Source of the DNA: an uncultured Pelagibacteraceae bacterium
GTDB taxonomy: Bacteria > Pseudomonadota > Alphaproteobacteria > Pelagibacterales > Pelagibacteraceae
DNA length: 64,000 bases
Reading direction: 5' to 3'
NCBI GenBank assembly: GCA_902585265.1
Contig: CACICY010000004.1
Coordinates: forward strand, 198 to 64,197
Shown: positions 31,553 to 40,681 of the stretch, in pieces
How the letters are laid out: each line of letters opens with the position of its first letter
Numbering within the stretch: position 1 is the first letter of the stretch
The notes under the pieces: model-generated
What the model was told of the DNA's origin: nothing
The model's database searches: none
What the model saw: only the letters and a program-made list of their open reading frames with translations
Translations under genes and position numbers: made by a program

Positions 31553-32043
31553 ATTATCTTAATTTTAGTTTTTTTGTCAATTAACTTTACTAATATTAAA
31601 AAATCTTTTTTATTAAGAGCTACACATCCCAATGTAGGCTTTAATTTATTACTTAAATGTAAAAATATAGCGCTTCCATTTCCTAACTCTGTCTTTTTAG
31701 TATTGTAGTTAATAGGAATCATAAAATCATATTTATAATCTTTTCTAAATAATTTTTCATGTTTAATTTCTTTGTTAATTTTTATCAATTTATTATAATA
31801 TTTTTTGTTTTTAATATCGTTACACCAGCCCATACTTTTTCTAATTGATATACATTTAAGCTTTGTTAAGGGTTTGGGATTTCGATCTTTTCTATAATAT
31901 AAATTACCCAAAGAAAAAGTGCCTTTTGGTGTTTTTTTATCTCCTTCGATCTTATTTTTTGTCAATCCTTTTTTTCCTATACAACAATTAAAAGTAAAAT
32001 CGTCGTAGACAAGTGTCGCTTTATTTTTAACAATAATTGTCAT
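31549..32043 (-). CDS. L,D-transpeptidase (YkuD) family protein
   Basis: KIEGDKKTPKG, GSAIFLH, TLGCVAL (catalytic His/Cys). Confidence 0.85.
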   Translation of the reverse strand: MTIIVKNKATLVYDDFTFNCCIGKKGLTKNKIEGDKKTPKGTFSLGNLYYRKDRNPKPLTKLKCISIRKSMGWCNDIKNKKYYNKLIKINKEIKHEKLFRKDYKYDFMIPINYNTKKTELGNGSAIFLHLSNKLKPTLGCVALNKKDFLILVKLIDKKTKIKII

Positions 32044-32056
32044 ATCTTATTTATAT

Positions 32057-32617
32057 ATGAATAATCAAACATTAGTAATTTATGATTTTAAGATTTTATA
32101 TGAAATTTTAAAAGAAGTAGAGGAACATTTAAATTTTAATTTAATAAATACCAAAAAGTTAATTGATAAAGATCGTAAAACAAAAAAAAATCAAAATCAC
32201 TTAATTATTTCAAATAAAAAAATAAAAGACTTTGATGAATATATGTTAATTAATCATTCACCAATTAATTTAACGAAACTGATTGAGAGTATAAATATAA
32301 GATTTTTAAAAAAAAAATATAATCAACAATCAGATATTGATTTAGGCAAATATAGATTAAATTTAAATTCAAGAAAAATGTATAATGGAGATGTTAGTTT
32401 AGCATTAACCGAGCGGGAAGCTAATATTATAATCTACTTAAAAAACTCAGTTGAACCTGTGAAAATAAGTAAATTGCAAACAGAAGTTTGGGGTTATAAT
32501 TCTAAATTAGATACTCATACTGTTGAAACTCATATTTATAGATTAAGAAAAAAAATAAATAATTTTTTTAAAGATGGTGAATTCATAAAAAGTTCAAAAA
32601 AAGGCTACACAATTTAG
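32057..32617 (+). CDS. OmpR/PhoB-type winged-helix transcriptional regulator with degenerate receiver region
   Basis: C-terminal LTEREANII, VWGY, THTVETHIYRLRKK, GY; N-terminus short and lacks clear receiver motifs. Confidence 0.8.
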   Translation: MNNQTLVIYDFKILYEILKEVEEHLNFNLINTKKLIDKDRKTKKNQNHLIISNKKIKDFDEYMLINHSPINLTKLIESINIRFLKKKYNQQSDIDLGKYRLNLNSRKMYNGDVSLALTEREANIIIYLKNSVEPVKISKLQTEVWGYNSKLDTHTVETHIYRLRKKINNFFKDGEFIKSSKKGYTI

Positions 32618-34719
32618 TGAACTCAATTGGTGTATCAATTGGAGAAAAACTTAGTAATGCTATCAATAACCATAAAAATAGAAAATTTGAAGTTGCTGAA
32701 AAACTATATAAAGAAATTTTAAGTTTGGACCAAAATCATTCTGAAGCAATTTTTCGTCTTGGAACCTTATATTCTCAACTTAAAAAATTTAGTCAAGCAA
32801 AGCATTTATTGTTAAAGGCTGATGAATTAAATCCAAATAATTTAAATATAAACCTAAATATTGGATCTTTATTCTTCAGCGCTGGTGAAACTGATCTTGC
32901 ATTAAAATATTTTGATAAAGTTATCAAAATTAAATCAGATTATGTGTTAGCACATTTTAACAAAGGAATTATTCTTAACAGTCAAAGGAAATATCAAGAT
33001 GCTATTACTTGTTTTGAAAAGGTAATTGAAATTGAACCAGACAATATAAATGCTCATAATGTTCTAGGAATTATTTTACAAGAAATTGGTGAATTCAAAA
33101 AATCTCTGTTTTATTTAAAAAAATCTATAAATATTTCTCCAAATAATTTAAGAGTAATTAATACTTTATTAAATTTACTTAGATCAATTAAGTTATCCAA
33201 CCTATCTGAGAGTAATAGTATAGATTTAGTAGAGTTATTTATTTTTTTATTTGAAAAAGACTCAATAGATCATAATGAATTGTTTAATAATGCTAAAAAT
33301 ATAACATTTTTAGAAAAAGATAAGATAGAAATTGAAAAACTTTTAAATTCTGTTTCTTCATTGTTAAGTGATCCGATTGTTAAAAAAATTTTAAATAAAA
33401 AACTTTTTCATTTAATTCTTCAAAAGTCGCTAATAAGAGATAAATTTATAGAAAAATTTTTGTGTAAAATTAGAAAGGAAATACTTTTCTGTACTCAAAA
33501 TAAAGAAGCTCATTCAATCAAAGAATTATATGATTTTATAGTATCTGATGCAGAACAATCATTTTTAAATGAATATGTTGTTTATCAATCTAAGGAGGAA
33601 ATAAAGATAGCCCATAAATTGATGAAAAAAATTGAAAATGATAAAGAAGTTAATGAATTAGAAATATCAACACTTGCTTGCTATTTACCTCTAAACTCAT
33701 CAGAGGTTATTAAAAAAAAATTGAAAAATTATATTTCCAATAGTCCTTTGTTTAACGATTTAATTCAAATGCAAATAAAAGATCCCTTAAAAGAAGTAGA
33801 ACTTAAAAAAAATATAAATTCTTTCGATAATATTACAGATAATATATCTAAAAAAGTTAGAGATCAGTATGAAGAAAACCCTTATCCACGATGGAGGTTT
33901 GCAAATATAACTCCAAAAAATAATTTTTTATCAATTTTAAATAACGCTATTAGACCTAATAAAATTAATGTTAATAATCAAAATATAGCTCAAAATGTGT
34001 TAATTGCTGGATGTGGTACTGGCCAGCAATTGGTTTATAAAACTTCTTATGAAAACTCAAATATTGTTGCAATAGATCTTAGTTTATCAAGCTTAGCTTT
34101 TGCTAAACGTAAAATGCAAGAATTAAAACATAACAATATTGAATTTTTACAAGGAGATATTCTTAGCTTAAATAAATTAAATAAAAAATTTGATGTAATT
34201 GAGTGTGTGGGAGTTCTTCATCATTTAAAAAATCCAGAAGATGGTCTTAGAATTTTACTAGATAATTTAAAACCTAATGGCTATTTAAAACTTGGGTTGT
34301 ACAGTGAATATGCAAGAAAACATATAGTTGAATTAAGAGAATTTGTAAAAACTAATAATTTTAAAAGTAATATTAATGATATAAGAAAATTTAGAGAATT
34401 AGCAAAAAGTAGTAAAGATAATATATTTCAAAAAATTAATTATAATTTTGACTTTTATTCTACTTCAAGTGTAAGAGATTTGATTTTTCATGTACAAGAG
34501 CATCGATATACTTTACCTAAAATATCTAATTTACTTAAAAAATTCGATCTGGAATTTCTTGGTTTTACTAATTCGATAACAAAAAAAGAGTATTCAAAAA
34601 TTTATTCTCAAGATATTAAAAATACTTCTCTTGAAAATTGGAATGATTTTGAGATAAATAATAAAGATATATTTAGAGAAATGTACCAATTTTGGGTAAG
34701 AAAAAAAATAAATGATTAA
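32617..34719 (+). CDS. TPR-repeat protein with C-terminal class I SAM-dependent methyltransferase
   Basis: N-terminal TPR-like repeats (AEKLYKEIL, ALKYFDKVI, AITCFEKVI); QYEENPYPRW; LIAGCGTG; AIDLS; ECVGVLHH; RDLIFHVQE. Confidence 0.88.
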   Translation: MNSIGVSIGEKLSNAINNHKNRKFEVAEKLYKEILSLDQNHSEAIFRLGTLYSQLKKFSQAKHLLLKADELNPNNLNINLNIGSLFFSAGETDLALKYFDKVIKIKSDYVLAHFNKGIILNSQRKYQDAITCFEKVIEIEPDNINAHNVLGIILQEIGEFKKSLFYLKKSINISPNNLRVINTLLNLLRSIKLSNLSESNSIDLVELFIFLFEKDSIDHNELFNNAKNITFLEKDKIEIEKLLNSVSSLLSDPIVKKILNKKLFHLILQKSLIRDKFIEKFLCKIRKEILFCTQNKEAHSIKELYDFIVSDAEQSFLNEYVVYQSKEEIKIAHKLMKKIENDKEVNELEISTLACYLPLNSSEVIKKKLKNYISNSPLFNDLIQMQIKDPLKEVELKKNINSFDNITDNISKKVRDQYEENPYPRWRFANITPKNNFLSILNNAIRPNKINVNNQNIAQNVLIAGCGTGQQLVYKTSYENSNIVAIDLSLSSLAFAKRKMQELKHNNIEFLQGDILSLNKLNKKFDVIECVGVLHHLKNPEDGLRILLDNLKPNGYLKLGLYSEYARKHIVELREFVKTNNFKSNINDIRKFRELAKSSKDNIFQKINYNFDFYSTSSVRDLIFHVQEHRYTLPKISNLLKKFDLEFLGFTNSITKKEYSKIYSQDIKNTSLENWNDFEINNKDIFREMYQFWVRKKIND

Positions 34720-34822
34720 AAAAAAAAATTATATTGCTAAAGATTTATTAACACCAAAATATAAAACTAGAGTAATAAAACCTAAAAAGGGCAAAGGGAG
34801 TTTCAAAAGAAAAAAAAAATAA
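34712..34822 (+). CDS. arfA: Alternative ribosome rescue factor ArfA-like small protein (36 aa)
   Basis: Manual translation MIKKKNYIAKDLLTPKYKTRVIKPKKGKGSFKRKKK; carries the ArfA signature R-V-x-K-x-KKGKGS-(Y/F)-x-R-K; below the ORF-track size cutoff. Confidence 0.75.
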   Translation: MIKKKNYIAKDLLTPKYKTRVIKPKKGKGSFKRKKK

Positions 34823-34825
34823 TCT

Positions 34826-35755
34826 TTAAAGTCTTGCACCAATCTGTTGGATTACTTTAGAAGACATCTCTGTGCCTTTATCTAGACTTTCTTTAAGAGA
34901 CATATCATTCACATGGCCATGAAGAAATCCACCTGCAAAAAGGTCACCAGCACCAGTTAAATCAACAATTTTAAGACCTTGCTTTATTCCACATTCAACA
35001 ACTTCATCCCCATTAATAGCAACTGCACCTTTTTCACCCCTTGTTAAAACGATTATTTTGCCAAGAGATTTAGAAAAATTTATTACTTCATCAAAAGATT
35101 TTGCATCAATCAGAGACATAATCTCTTGCTCGTTTGCAAAAGTTATATCTAATTTATTTTTAACTAATTCTAAAAAGTGGGGTTTGTGTCTATCAACGCA
35201 GAATTGGTCTGATAATGACATTGCAACTTTATTTGCGTTTTGAATAGCTTTTTCAAAAGCTTTCTTAGGTTCTCCCTCATCCCAAAGATAACCCTCTAAA
35301 AGTATGATTTCGCTTTGTTTAATAGCTTCAGAACTAACATCATTTTCATTAATTTTTCCTGCAGTTCCTAAAAAGGTGCACATAGTTCTTTCAGAGTCAG
35401 GTGTAACTAATATTAAACAAGTTCCTGTAGGTAAATCTTCTTTCTTTTTTGAGTAAATATATTTTACGTTTTCTTGCTTCAAACCATCTTCGTATTTACC
35501 ACCAAGATCATCATCATTAACTTTACCTATAAAACCTACTTTATTGCCAAGTTGAGATAATCCAACAATTGAATTAGCAACTGATCCACCTGAAACAGTT
35601 TTTTCTATTTTAAGATTTGATAATAAATCTTTAAATTCTTTATCATCAAAAATTAATTTCATTGTACTTTTAGTTAAATTATTTTTTGTTATAAAATCAT
35701 CTTCTACTTTGCAAATCACATCTACAATTGCGTTTCCAATACCTAATATTTTCAT
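34826..35755 (-). CDS. PfkB family carbohydrate/adenosine kinase
   Basis: GIGNAIVD, SGGSVANS, ERTMCTFLG, FANEQE, DLTGAGDLFAGG. Confidence 0.92.
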   Translation of the reverse strand: MKILGIGNAIVDVICKVEDDFITKNNLTKSTMKLIFDDKEFKDLLSNLKIEKTVSGGSVANSIVGLSQLGNKVGFIGKVNDDDLGGKYEDGLKQENVKYIYSKKKEDLPTGTCLILVTPDSERTMCTFLGTAGKINENDVSSEAIKQSEIILLEGYLWDEGEPKKAFEKAIQNANKVAMSLSDQFCVDRHKPHFLELVKNKLDITFANEQEIMSLIDAKSFDEVINFSKSLGKIIVLTRGEKGAVAINGDEVVECGIKQGLKIVDLTGAGDLFAGGFLHGHVNDMSLKESLDKGTEMSSKVIQQIGARL

Positions 35756-35758
35756 TTT

Positions 35759-36412
35759 TTATGCTTTCTTAGTTATAAGTGGTTTTTTCCTCTTAGGATA
35801 ACAAGTAGTACAGATTTTACAAGATAAACCATAACACTCTCTTGCCTTGCAAAATTCTCTTCCATAATAAATTATTTGAAGATGTAATTTATTCCAATAT
35901 TTTTTAGGGAAAAGTCTTTTAAGATCTTCTTCTGTTTGAACAACATTCTTTCCATTTGTTAAGCCCCATCTTTGTGCCAGCCTGTGTATATGAGTGTCTA
36001 CTGGAAAGGCAGCATGTCCAAATCCTTGAGACATAACAACACTGGCTGTTTTATGTCCAACACCCGGTAATTCCTCAAGTTGTTCAAATGTTTTTGGAAC
36101 CTTACCATTATACTTTTCAACTAAAGTTTTTGATAAATTATAAACACTTTTTGCTTTAATTCTAAAAATACCAATACTTCGTATTAGTTTTTCAATTTTT
36201 TTTCTTCCCAACTTAACAAAGTGTTCAGGCTTATTATATTTTGGATATATATTTTTAGTAACGTTATTAACATTTACGTCTGTACACTGTGCAGATAAAA
36301 GAACAGAAACTAATAAAGTAAAAATATTTCTGTGTTTAAGAGGAATTGGCGTCTTTGGATATATTTTGTTTAAAGTTCGAAGAACAATTTTTGCCCTTTC
36401 CTTCTCGCTCAT
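35759..36412 (-). CDS. nth: Endonuclease III
   Basis: LLSAQCTD, HhH LPGVGHKTA, VDTHIHR, C-terminal Cys cluster. Confidence 0.96.
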   Translation of the reverse strand: MSEKERAKIVLRTLNKIYPKTPIPLKHRNIFTLLVSVLLSAQCTDVNVNNVTKNIYPKYNKPEHFVKLGRKKIEKLIRSIGIFRIKAKSVYNLSKTLVEKYNGKVPKTFEQLEELPGVGHKTASVVMSQGFGHAAFPVDTHIHRLAQRWGLTNGKNVVQTEEDLKRLFPKKYWNKLHLQIIYYGREFCKARECYGLSCKICTTCYPKRKKPLITKKA

Positions 36413-37185
36413 TTAAAATTTAAAACATCACGCATCGAATATAAACCTGGTTTTTTTTTCATTAACCATTTTCCAGCTGTCAAAGCTCCTTCACTGTATA
36501 AAGCCCTATCAAATGCTTCGTGATTTAATGTAATAATTTCTTTTCCACTAGAAAATTTAACTTCGTGTTCACCAACTGTTTTGCCTTTTCGTATTGAGTT
36601 AAAATTTATTTTTTTTCCATAAGGAAAATTTTTTTTATTAAGATATTTTTTTCCAAGTAAATTATAAAAATCTTTATTTTTGCCGATAGCAATTCCTTTG
36701 CCCAACATTAACGCTGTTCCAGATGGATGGTCTATTTTATGTTTATGATGAACTTCGTACACTTTACTTAAAAAATTGTTTCCTAATGATTTGGATGCTA
36801 TTTCAGTTAAATACATTAACAAATTTATGCCTAAGCTCATATTTCCAGCTTTCAGTATTGGAATTTTCTTTGAAAATTTTTTAATAAGACTCTCTTCTTT
36901 TTTGGAAAATCCGGTTGTACCAATAACAATTCTTTTTTTAAGCTTTGATGCAATTTTAAGAATTTCAAAAGTACAATTAGGGACAGTAAAATCGATAATT
37001 AAATCAACATTTTTGAAGGAATCTTCATTATTTAAACTAGGGTTAATTCCAGAAATTTTTTTTTTTATTAATCTATTTTCTGTAAGTGTTGTTAGCTTAA
37101 AATTTTTATCAATTCTTGAAGATTTTATTAGTTGTTGGCCCATTCGTCCCATGCAACCAGATATCGCTAAATTTACTTTGCTCAT
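36409..37185 (-). CDS. dapB: 4-hydroxy-tetrahydrodipicolinate reductase
   Basis: GCMGRMG, IDFT, GTTG, NMSLG, EVHHKHKIDHPSGTAL. Confidence 0.96.
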   Translation of the reverse strand: MSKVNLAISGCMGRMGQQLIKSSRIDKNFKLTTLTENRLIKKKISGINPSLNNEDSFKNVDLIIDFTVPNCTFEILKIASKLKKRIVIGTTGFSKKEESLIKKFSKKIPILKAGNMSLGINLLMYLTEIASKSLGNNFLSKVYEVHHKHKIDHPSGTALMLGKGIAIGKNKDFYNLLGKKYLNKKNFPYGKKINFNSIRKGKTVGEHEVKFSSGKEIITLNHEAFDRALYSEGALTAGKWLMKKKPGLYSMRDVLNFK

Positions 37186-37226
37186 TAAATTTTTTTAATA
37201 TATTTTTTTAACAATATACAACAATT

Positions 37227-38666
37227 ATGGTTATTAAATACCTTTTAAAATTATTTTTGGTTTTTATTTTTTTCGTGTCTATCAATCCATCTAAAGCTGA
37301 CTTTTTTAAAGATATTACATCTTTGATTGAAAATAATGATTTTAGACTGAGTTATGGTGTTTCTGTTACAGATGTAAACCAAGATGATAAATATGAATTT
37401 ATTGTTACTGGATTTGGTTTTTCAAACTTAGCGTTGTCTTACCAAAATGGGAAACTTATAAATATAAATAAAAATGAAATCTTTGATGATGCTAAAAGAA
37501 AAACAATTGGGGTTGCGTCTTGCGATATTGACCAAGATGGGTTTGAAGAAATATATTTTTTAAATACCGACACTTACAGTGGAGAAAAAAAATATTCAGA
37601 TAGATTGATTGATAGCAGTAGCGATGGTTTTATTGATTTATTTGAAAAAGATATTAATAAAAAAAATTTAAACTTAACCGCTGGGAGGTCTGTTGTTTGT
37701 GTTGATAGAAATGGTGACGGAAAATATGGCATATATGTTGCCAATTATGGGGGTCCGACTAGGTTTTATGAACAAAGTTCCGGGCAAGTACTAGATTTAG
37801 CAGAGCAGCTGAAAATTGATAAAATAACTGGTGGAAGAGCTGTAGTTGCAGGTAATATTTTATCAGGAAAAACTGATATATTTGCAGCAAACGAAAGAGG
37901 AAAAAATTTTTTATATTATAATTCTGATGGTTTCTTTCAGGATATAGCTAAGGATTATAAAATTGATGATCAATATGAAAATGGAAGAGGCACAACTTTA
38001 TCAGACATACTTTATAGAGGAAGATTAGATATAATCACATCCAATTGGAACGGTTATCATAGGGCTTTTGTATTAGAAGATAACAGATTTAAAGATATCG
38101 CTACTCCAACTTACAATATTCCTACTAGAATTAGAACTGTGATATCAGCAGATTTTGATAATGATGGCTATGATGAAATATTCATGAATAATATTGGTGA
38201 ACCAAATAAATTATTTAAAATAAAAGAAAATGGATTTTTTGAAGAGATAAAAATTCAAAACGCTTACGAGTCTAACGGATTGGGAACAGGAGCAGCAGTT
38301 GCGGATATAGATGATGATGGAATTTTAGAATTATTAGTTTCTCATGGAGAATCTGGCATGCAACCACTAACAATGTATAAGGCAGACATTAAAAAAAACT
38401 TTAATTATATAAGAATTAAACCATTAAATAAGCATGGTGCACCTGCAAGAGGAGCAACAGTTATACTCAACTCAAACCTAAGAAATCACGCTAAAACCAT
38501 TGATGCAGGTTCTGGATATTTATGTCAAATGGAACCCGTAGCTCATTATGGTATTAGAGACAGTGAAAAAAATATTTCAGTAAAAATAGTTTGGACTAAT
38601 GGTTCTTCACAGTTAATAGAAATAAATGAACTTAATAAAACAATAGAAGTAAATCAAAAAAAATAG
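37227..38666 (+). CDS. Secreted CRTAC1/ASPIC-UnbV family FG-GAP (beta-propeller) protein
   Basis: Signal peptide; repeated DxDxDG-type motifs (DVNQDD, DIDQDG, DRNGDG, DFDNDG, DIDDDG); C-terminal IDAGSGYLCQMEPVAHYG. Confidence 0.85.
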   Translation: MVIKYLLKLFLVFIFFVSINPSKADFFKDITSLIENNDFRLSYGVSVTDVNQDDKYEFIVTGFGFSNLALSYQNGKLININKNEIFDDAKRKTIGVASCDIDQDGFEEIYFLNTDTYSGEKKYSDRLIDSSSDGFIDLFEKDINKKNLNLTAGRSVVCVDRNGDGKYGIYVANYGGPTRFYEQSSGQVLDLAEQLKIDKITGGRAVVAGNILSGKTDIFAANERGKNFLYYNSDGFFQDIAKDYKIDDQYENGRGTTLSDILYRGRLDIITSNWNGYHRAFVLEDNRFKDIATPTYNIPTRIRTVISADFDNDGYDEIFMNNIGEPNKLFKIKENGFFEEIKIQNAYESNGLGTGAAVADIDDDGILELLVSHGESGMQPLTMYKADIKKNFNYIRIKPLNKHGAPARGATVILNSNLRNHAKTIDAGSGYLCQMEPVAHYGIRDSEKNISVKIVWTNGSSQLIEINELNKTIEVNQKK

Positions 38667-38722
38667 GACAATAACACTCAATTCAATAAGTAAACTAATT
38701 AAAGTATTCTGAGCTTTAAATC

Positions 38723-39424
38723 ATGAAAAAAATAAAATATTTTTCAATTTTCTTTCTACTAATAACTTTTAGTTTAATTAAACCAACATACTCAAATCAA
38801 TTTAATTATTATGCTGATTTAGTAAAAGATTGGCCAAAAATTTTTCCTGATCAAAATAGAAACGCAGCAGGTCCAAAATTTTTCAAACATATTTTAACAA
38901 AAGAAATTACCTTCCAAGATTTTATAGAGTACAATAAGTTATATTGTGCTGTGTCTGGGTCATTGATTGATCCAAATAGCAAACCAGAATTTGTTTATCT
39001 TAAAAATGCTGAAAATGACGAGAAAATATGTGGATTTTATCATAAGTGTTGTTATCCATGCTCATGTGATTTGATGAAATACTCTAAAGTAAAAAAAATG
39101 AAATATACTTTTACGGACGGTGAAAAAGAATTTTTTGTTCTCACAATAAAAAATCCCTGTGGTAAAAAAGATTTTCCAAGAGAAGTAAATAAAGATTATT
39201 TTTGTGATGGAAATAAACTCGATAATAATCAAGTATTTGTAATAGATGAGAGACTAGTAATAGGTTTATTTCATAACGCTAAAAAATGTAATTCTCAAAG
39301 TATTGCTGCTATTGATAGTCATGAGGTTACTGGACAATATTGTGAGTTAAGAAATAATGCTCCGCTTGAGGAAGTACAAGGCGGTATGGGAGATATATTT
39401 ATAAGATTAGCAAAAGATAATTAA
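38723..39424 (+). CDS. Hypothetical secreted cysteine-rich protein (10 Cys)
   Basis: Signal-peptide-like N-terminus; YCAVSGS, ICG, KCCYPCSCD, NPC, YFC, KKC, QYC; no family recognised. Confidence 0.75.
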   Translation: MKKIKYFSIFFLLITFSLIKPTYSNQFNYYADLVKDWPKIFPDQNRNAAGPKFFKHILTKEITFQDFIEYNKLYCAVSGSLIDPNSKPEFVYLKNAENDEKICGFYHKCCYPCSCDLMKYSKVKKMKYTFTDGEKEFFVLTIKNPCGKKDFPREVNKDYFCDGNKLDNNQVFVIDERLVIGLFHNAKKCNSQSIAAIDSHEVTGQYCELRNNAPLEEVQGGMGDIFIRLAKDN

Positions 39425-39522
39425 ATTATGCCAATTCCCTCTTTATAAAAATAGGCGCCTAGAATTAGAATTGCTAAAATATAAATAATTCCAAAAATTG
39501 TATATTTGATTTTTTTCTTCAT
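39421..39522 (-). CDS. Putative small single-pass membrane protein (33 aa)
   Basis: Manual translation MKKKIKYTIFGIIYILAILILGAYFYKEGIGII; ATG directly follows the dnaJ TAG; ORF fills the whole gap. Confidence 0.55.
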   Translation of the reverse strand: MKKKIKYTIFGIIYILAILILGAYFYKEGIGII

Positions 39523-40653
39523 CTAATTTTTCCAAAAACTTTTTGCTTTTTTAAAGAATTTTTTAATACTGGGATTTGATTTTTCATTTTCAATTTCTCT
39601 AAATTTCTCAAGTAATTCTTTTTGTTCTTTATTTAAAGATACAGGTACCTCAGTGTTTACTTGTACATAAAGATCTCCATAGTCATTTCCTCTCATTAAG
39701 GGCATGCCTTTTTCTCTCAATCTAAATTGTTTGCCACTTTGTGTTCCAGCTGGGATTTTTATCTTAGCTTTTCCACCATCTATTGTTGGTATTTTTAATT
39801 CAGTTCCAAGTGCTGCATCTGCTATCGAAATTGGACATTCAAAAAATAAATTTTCTTCAGATCTTTTGAAAAGTTCATGAGAATTTACATTTATAAATAA
39901 ATAAAGATCACCATTACTAGCTCCCCTAGAACCTGCCTCTCCTTTGCCAGATAATCTAATCCTAGTTCCATCGTCTACTCCTTTAGGAATAGTAACAGAA
40001 AGGCGCTTACTTGCTTGTTTTTTACCTTGACCACCACAACTTGTGCAAGGATCGGTTATTTGTTCACCTGAACCAGCACATTGAGGACATGTTTGTTGAA
40101 CAGTAAAAAAACCTTGGCTAGAACGAACTTGTCCGTGGCCGCCGCACATAGAGCATGTGCTTGCGCTTTGTCCAGGTTTTGAGCCTGAACCACTGCAAGT
40201 ATCGCATCTATCTGATGTTGAGAATTTAATGTCCTGTTTTTTTCCAGCATAAGCCTCTTCTAAACTTATAGAGAGATCATATCTTAAATCAGAGCCACGG
40301 TTGTTAGATCTTCTCGATCTTCTTCCACCGCTACCAAAACCTTCACCAAAAAAATCCTCAAAAATATCTGAAAATGATCCTGAAAAGTCAAAGTTTCCAA
40401 AGCCTCCTCTGCCACCTCCGCCACCATTTTCAAATGCAGCATGCCCAAAGTTGTCGTAATTTTGCTTTCTCTCTGAATTTGATAAAACATGATAAGCTTC
40501 GGAAGCTTCTTTGAATTTTTCTTCCGCTCCTTTATCGCCTTTATTTTTATCAGGGTGATATTTTACAGCTTGTTTTCTATAAGCTGCTTTTATTTGGTCT
40601 GGACTCGCGCTTTTTTGAACACCCAAGACATCATAGTAATCTCTTTTTGCCAT
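39523..40653 (-). CDS. dnaJ: Chaperone DnaJ
   Basis: J-domain HPD, G/F-rich region, four CxxCxGxG repeats. Confidence 0.99.
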   Translation of the reverse strand: MAKRDYYDVLGVQKSASPDQIKAAYRKQAVKYHPDKNKGDKGAEEKFKEASEAYHVLSNSERKQNYDNFGHAAFENGGGGGRGGFGNFDFSGSFSDIFEDFFGEGFGSGGRRSRRSNNRGSDLRYDLSISLEEAYAGKKQDIKFSTSDRCDTCSGSGSKPGQSASTCSMCGGHGQVRSSQGFFTVQQTCPQCAGSGEQITDPCTSCGGQGKKQASKRLSVTIPKGVDDGTRIRLSGKGEAGSRGASNGDLYLFINVNSHELFKRSEENLFFECPISIADAALGTELKIPTIDGGKAKIKIPAGTQSGKQFRLREKGMPLMRGNDYGDLYVQVNTEVPVSLNKEQKELLEKFREIENEKSNPSIKKFFKKAKSFWKN

Positions 40654-40681
40654 AACTAGTTATAGACAAATGGTTGATAGT

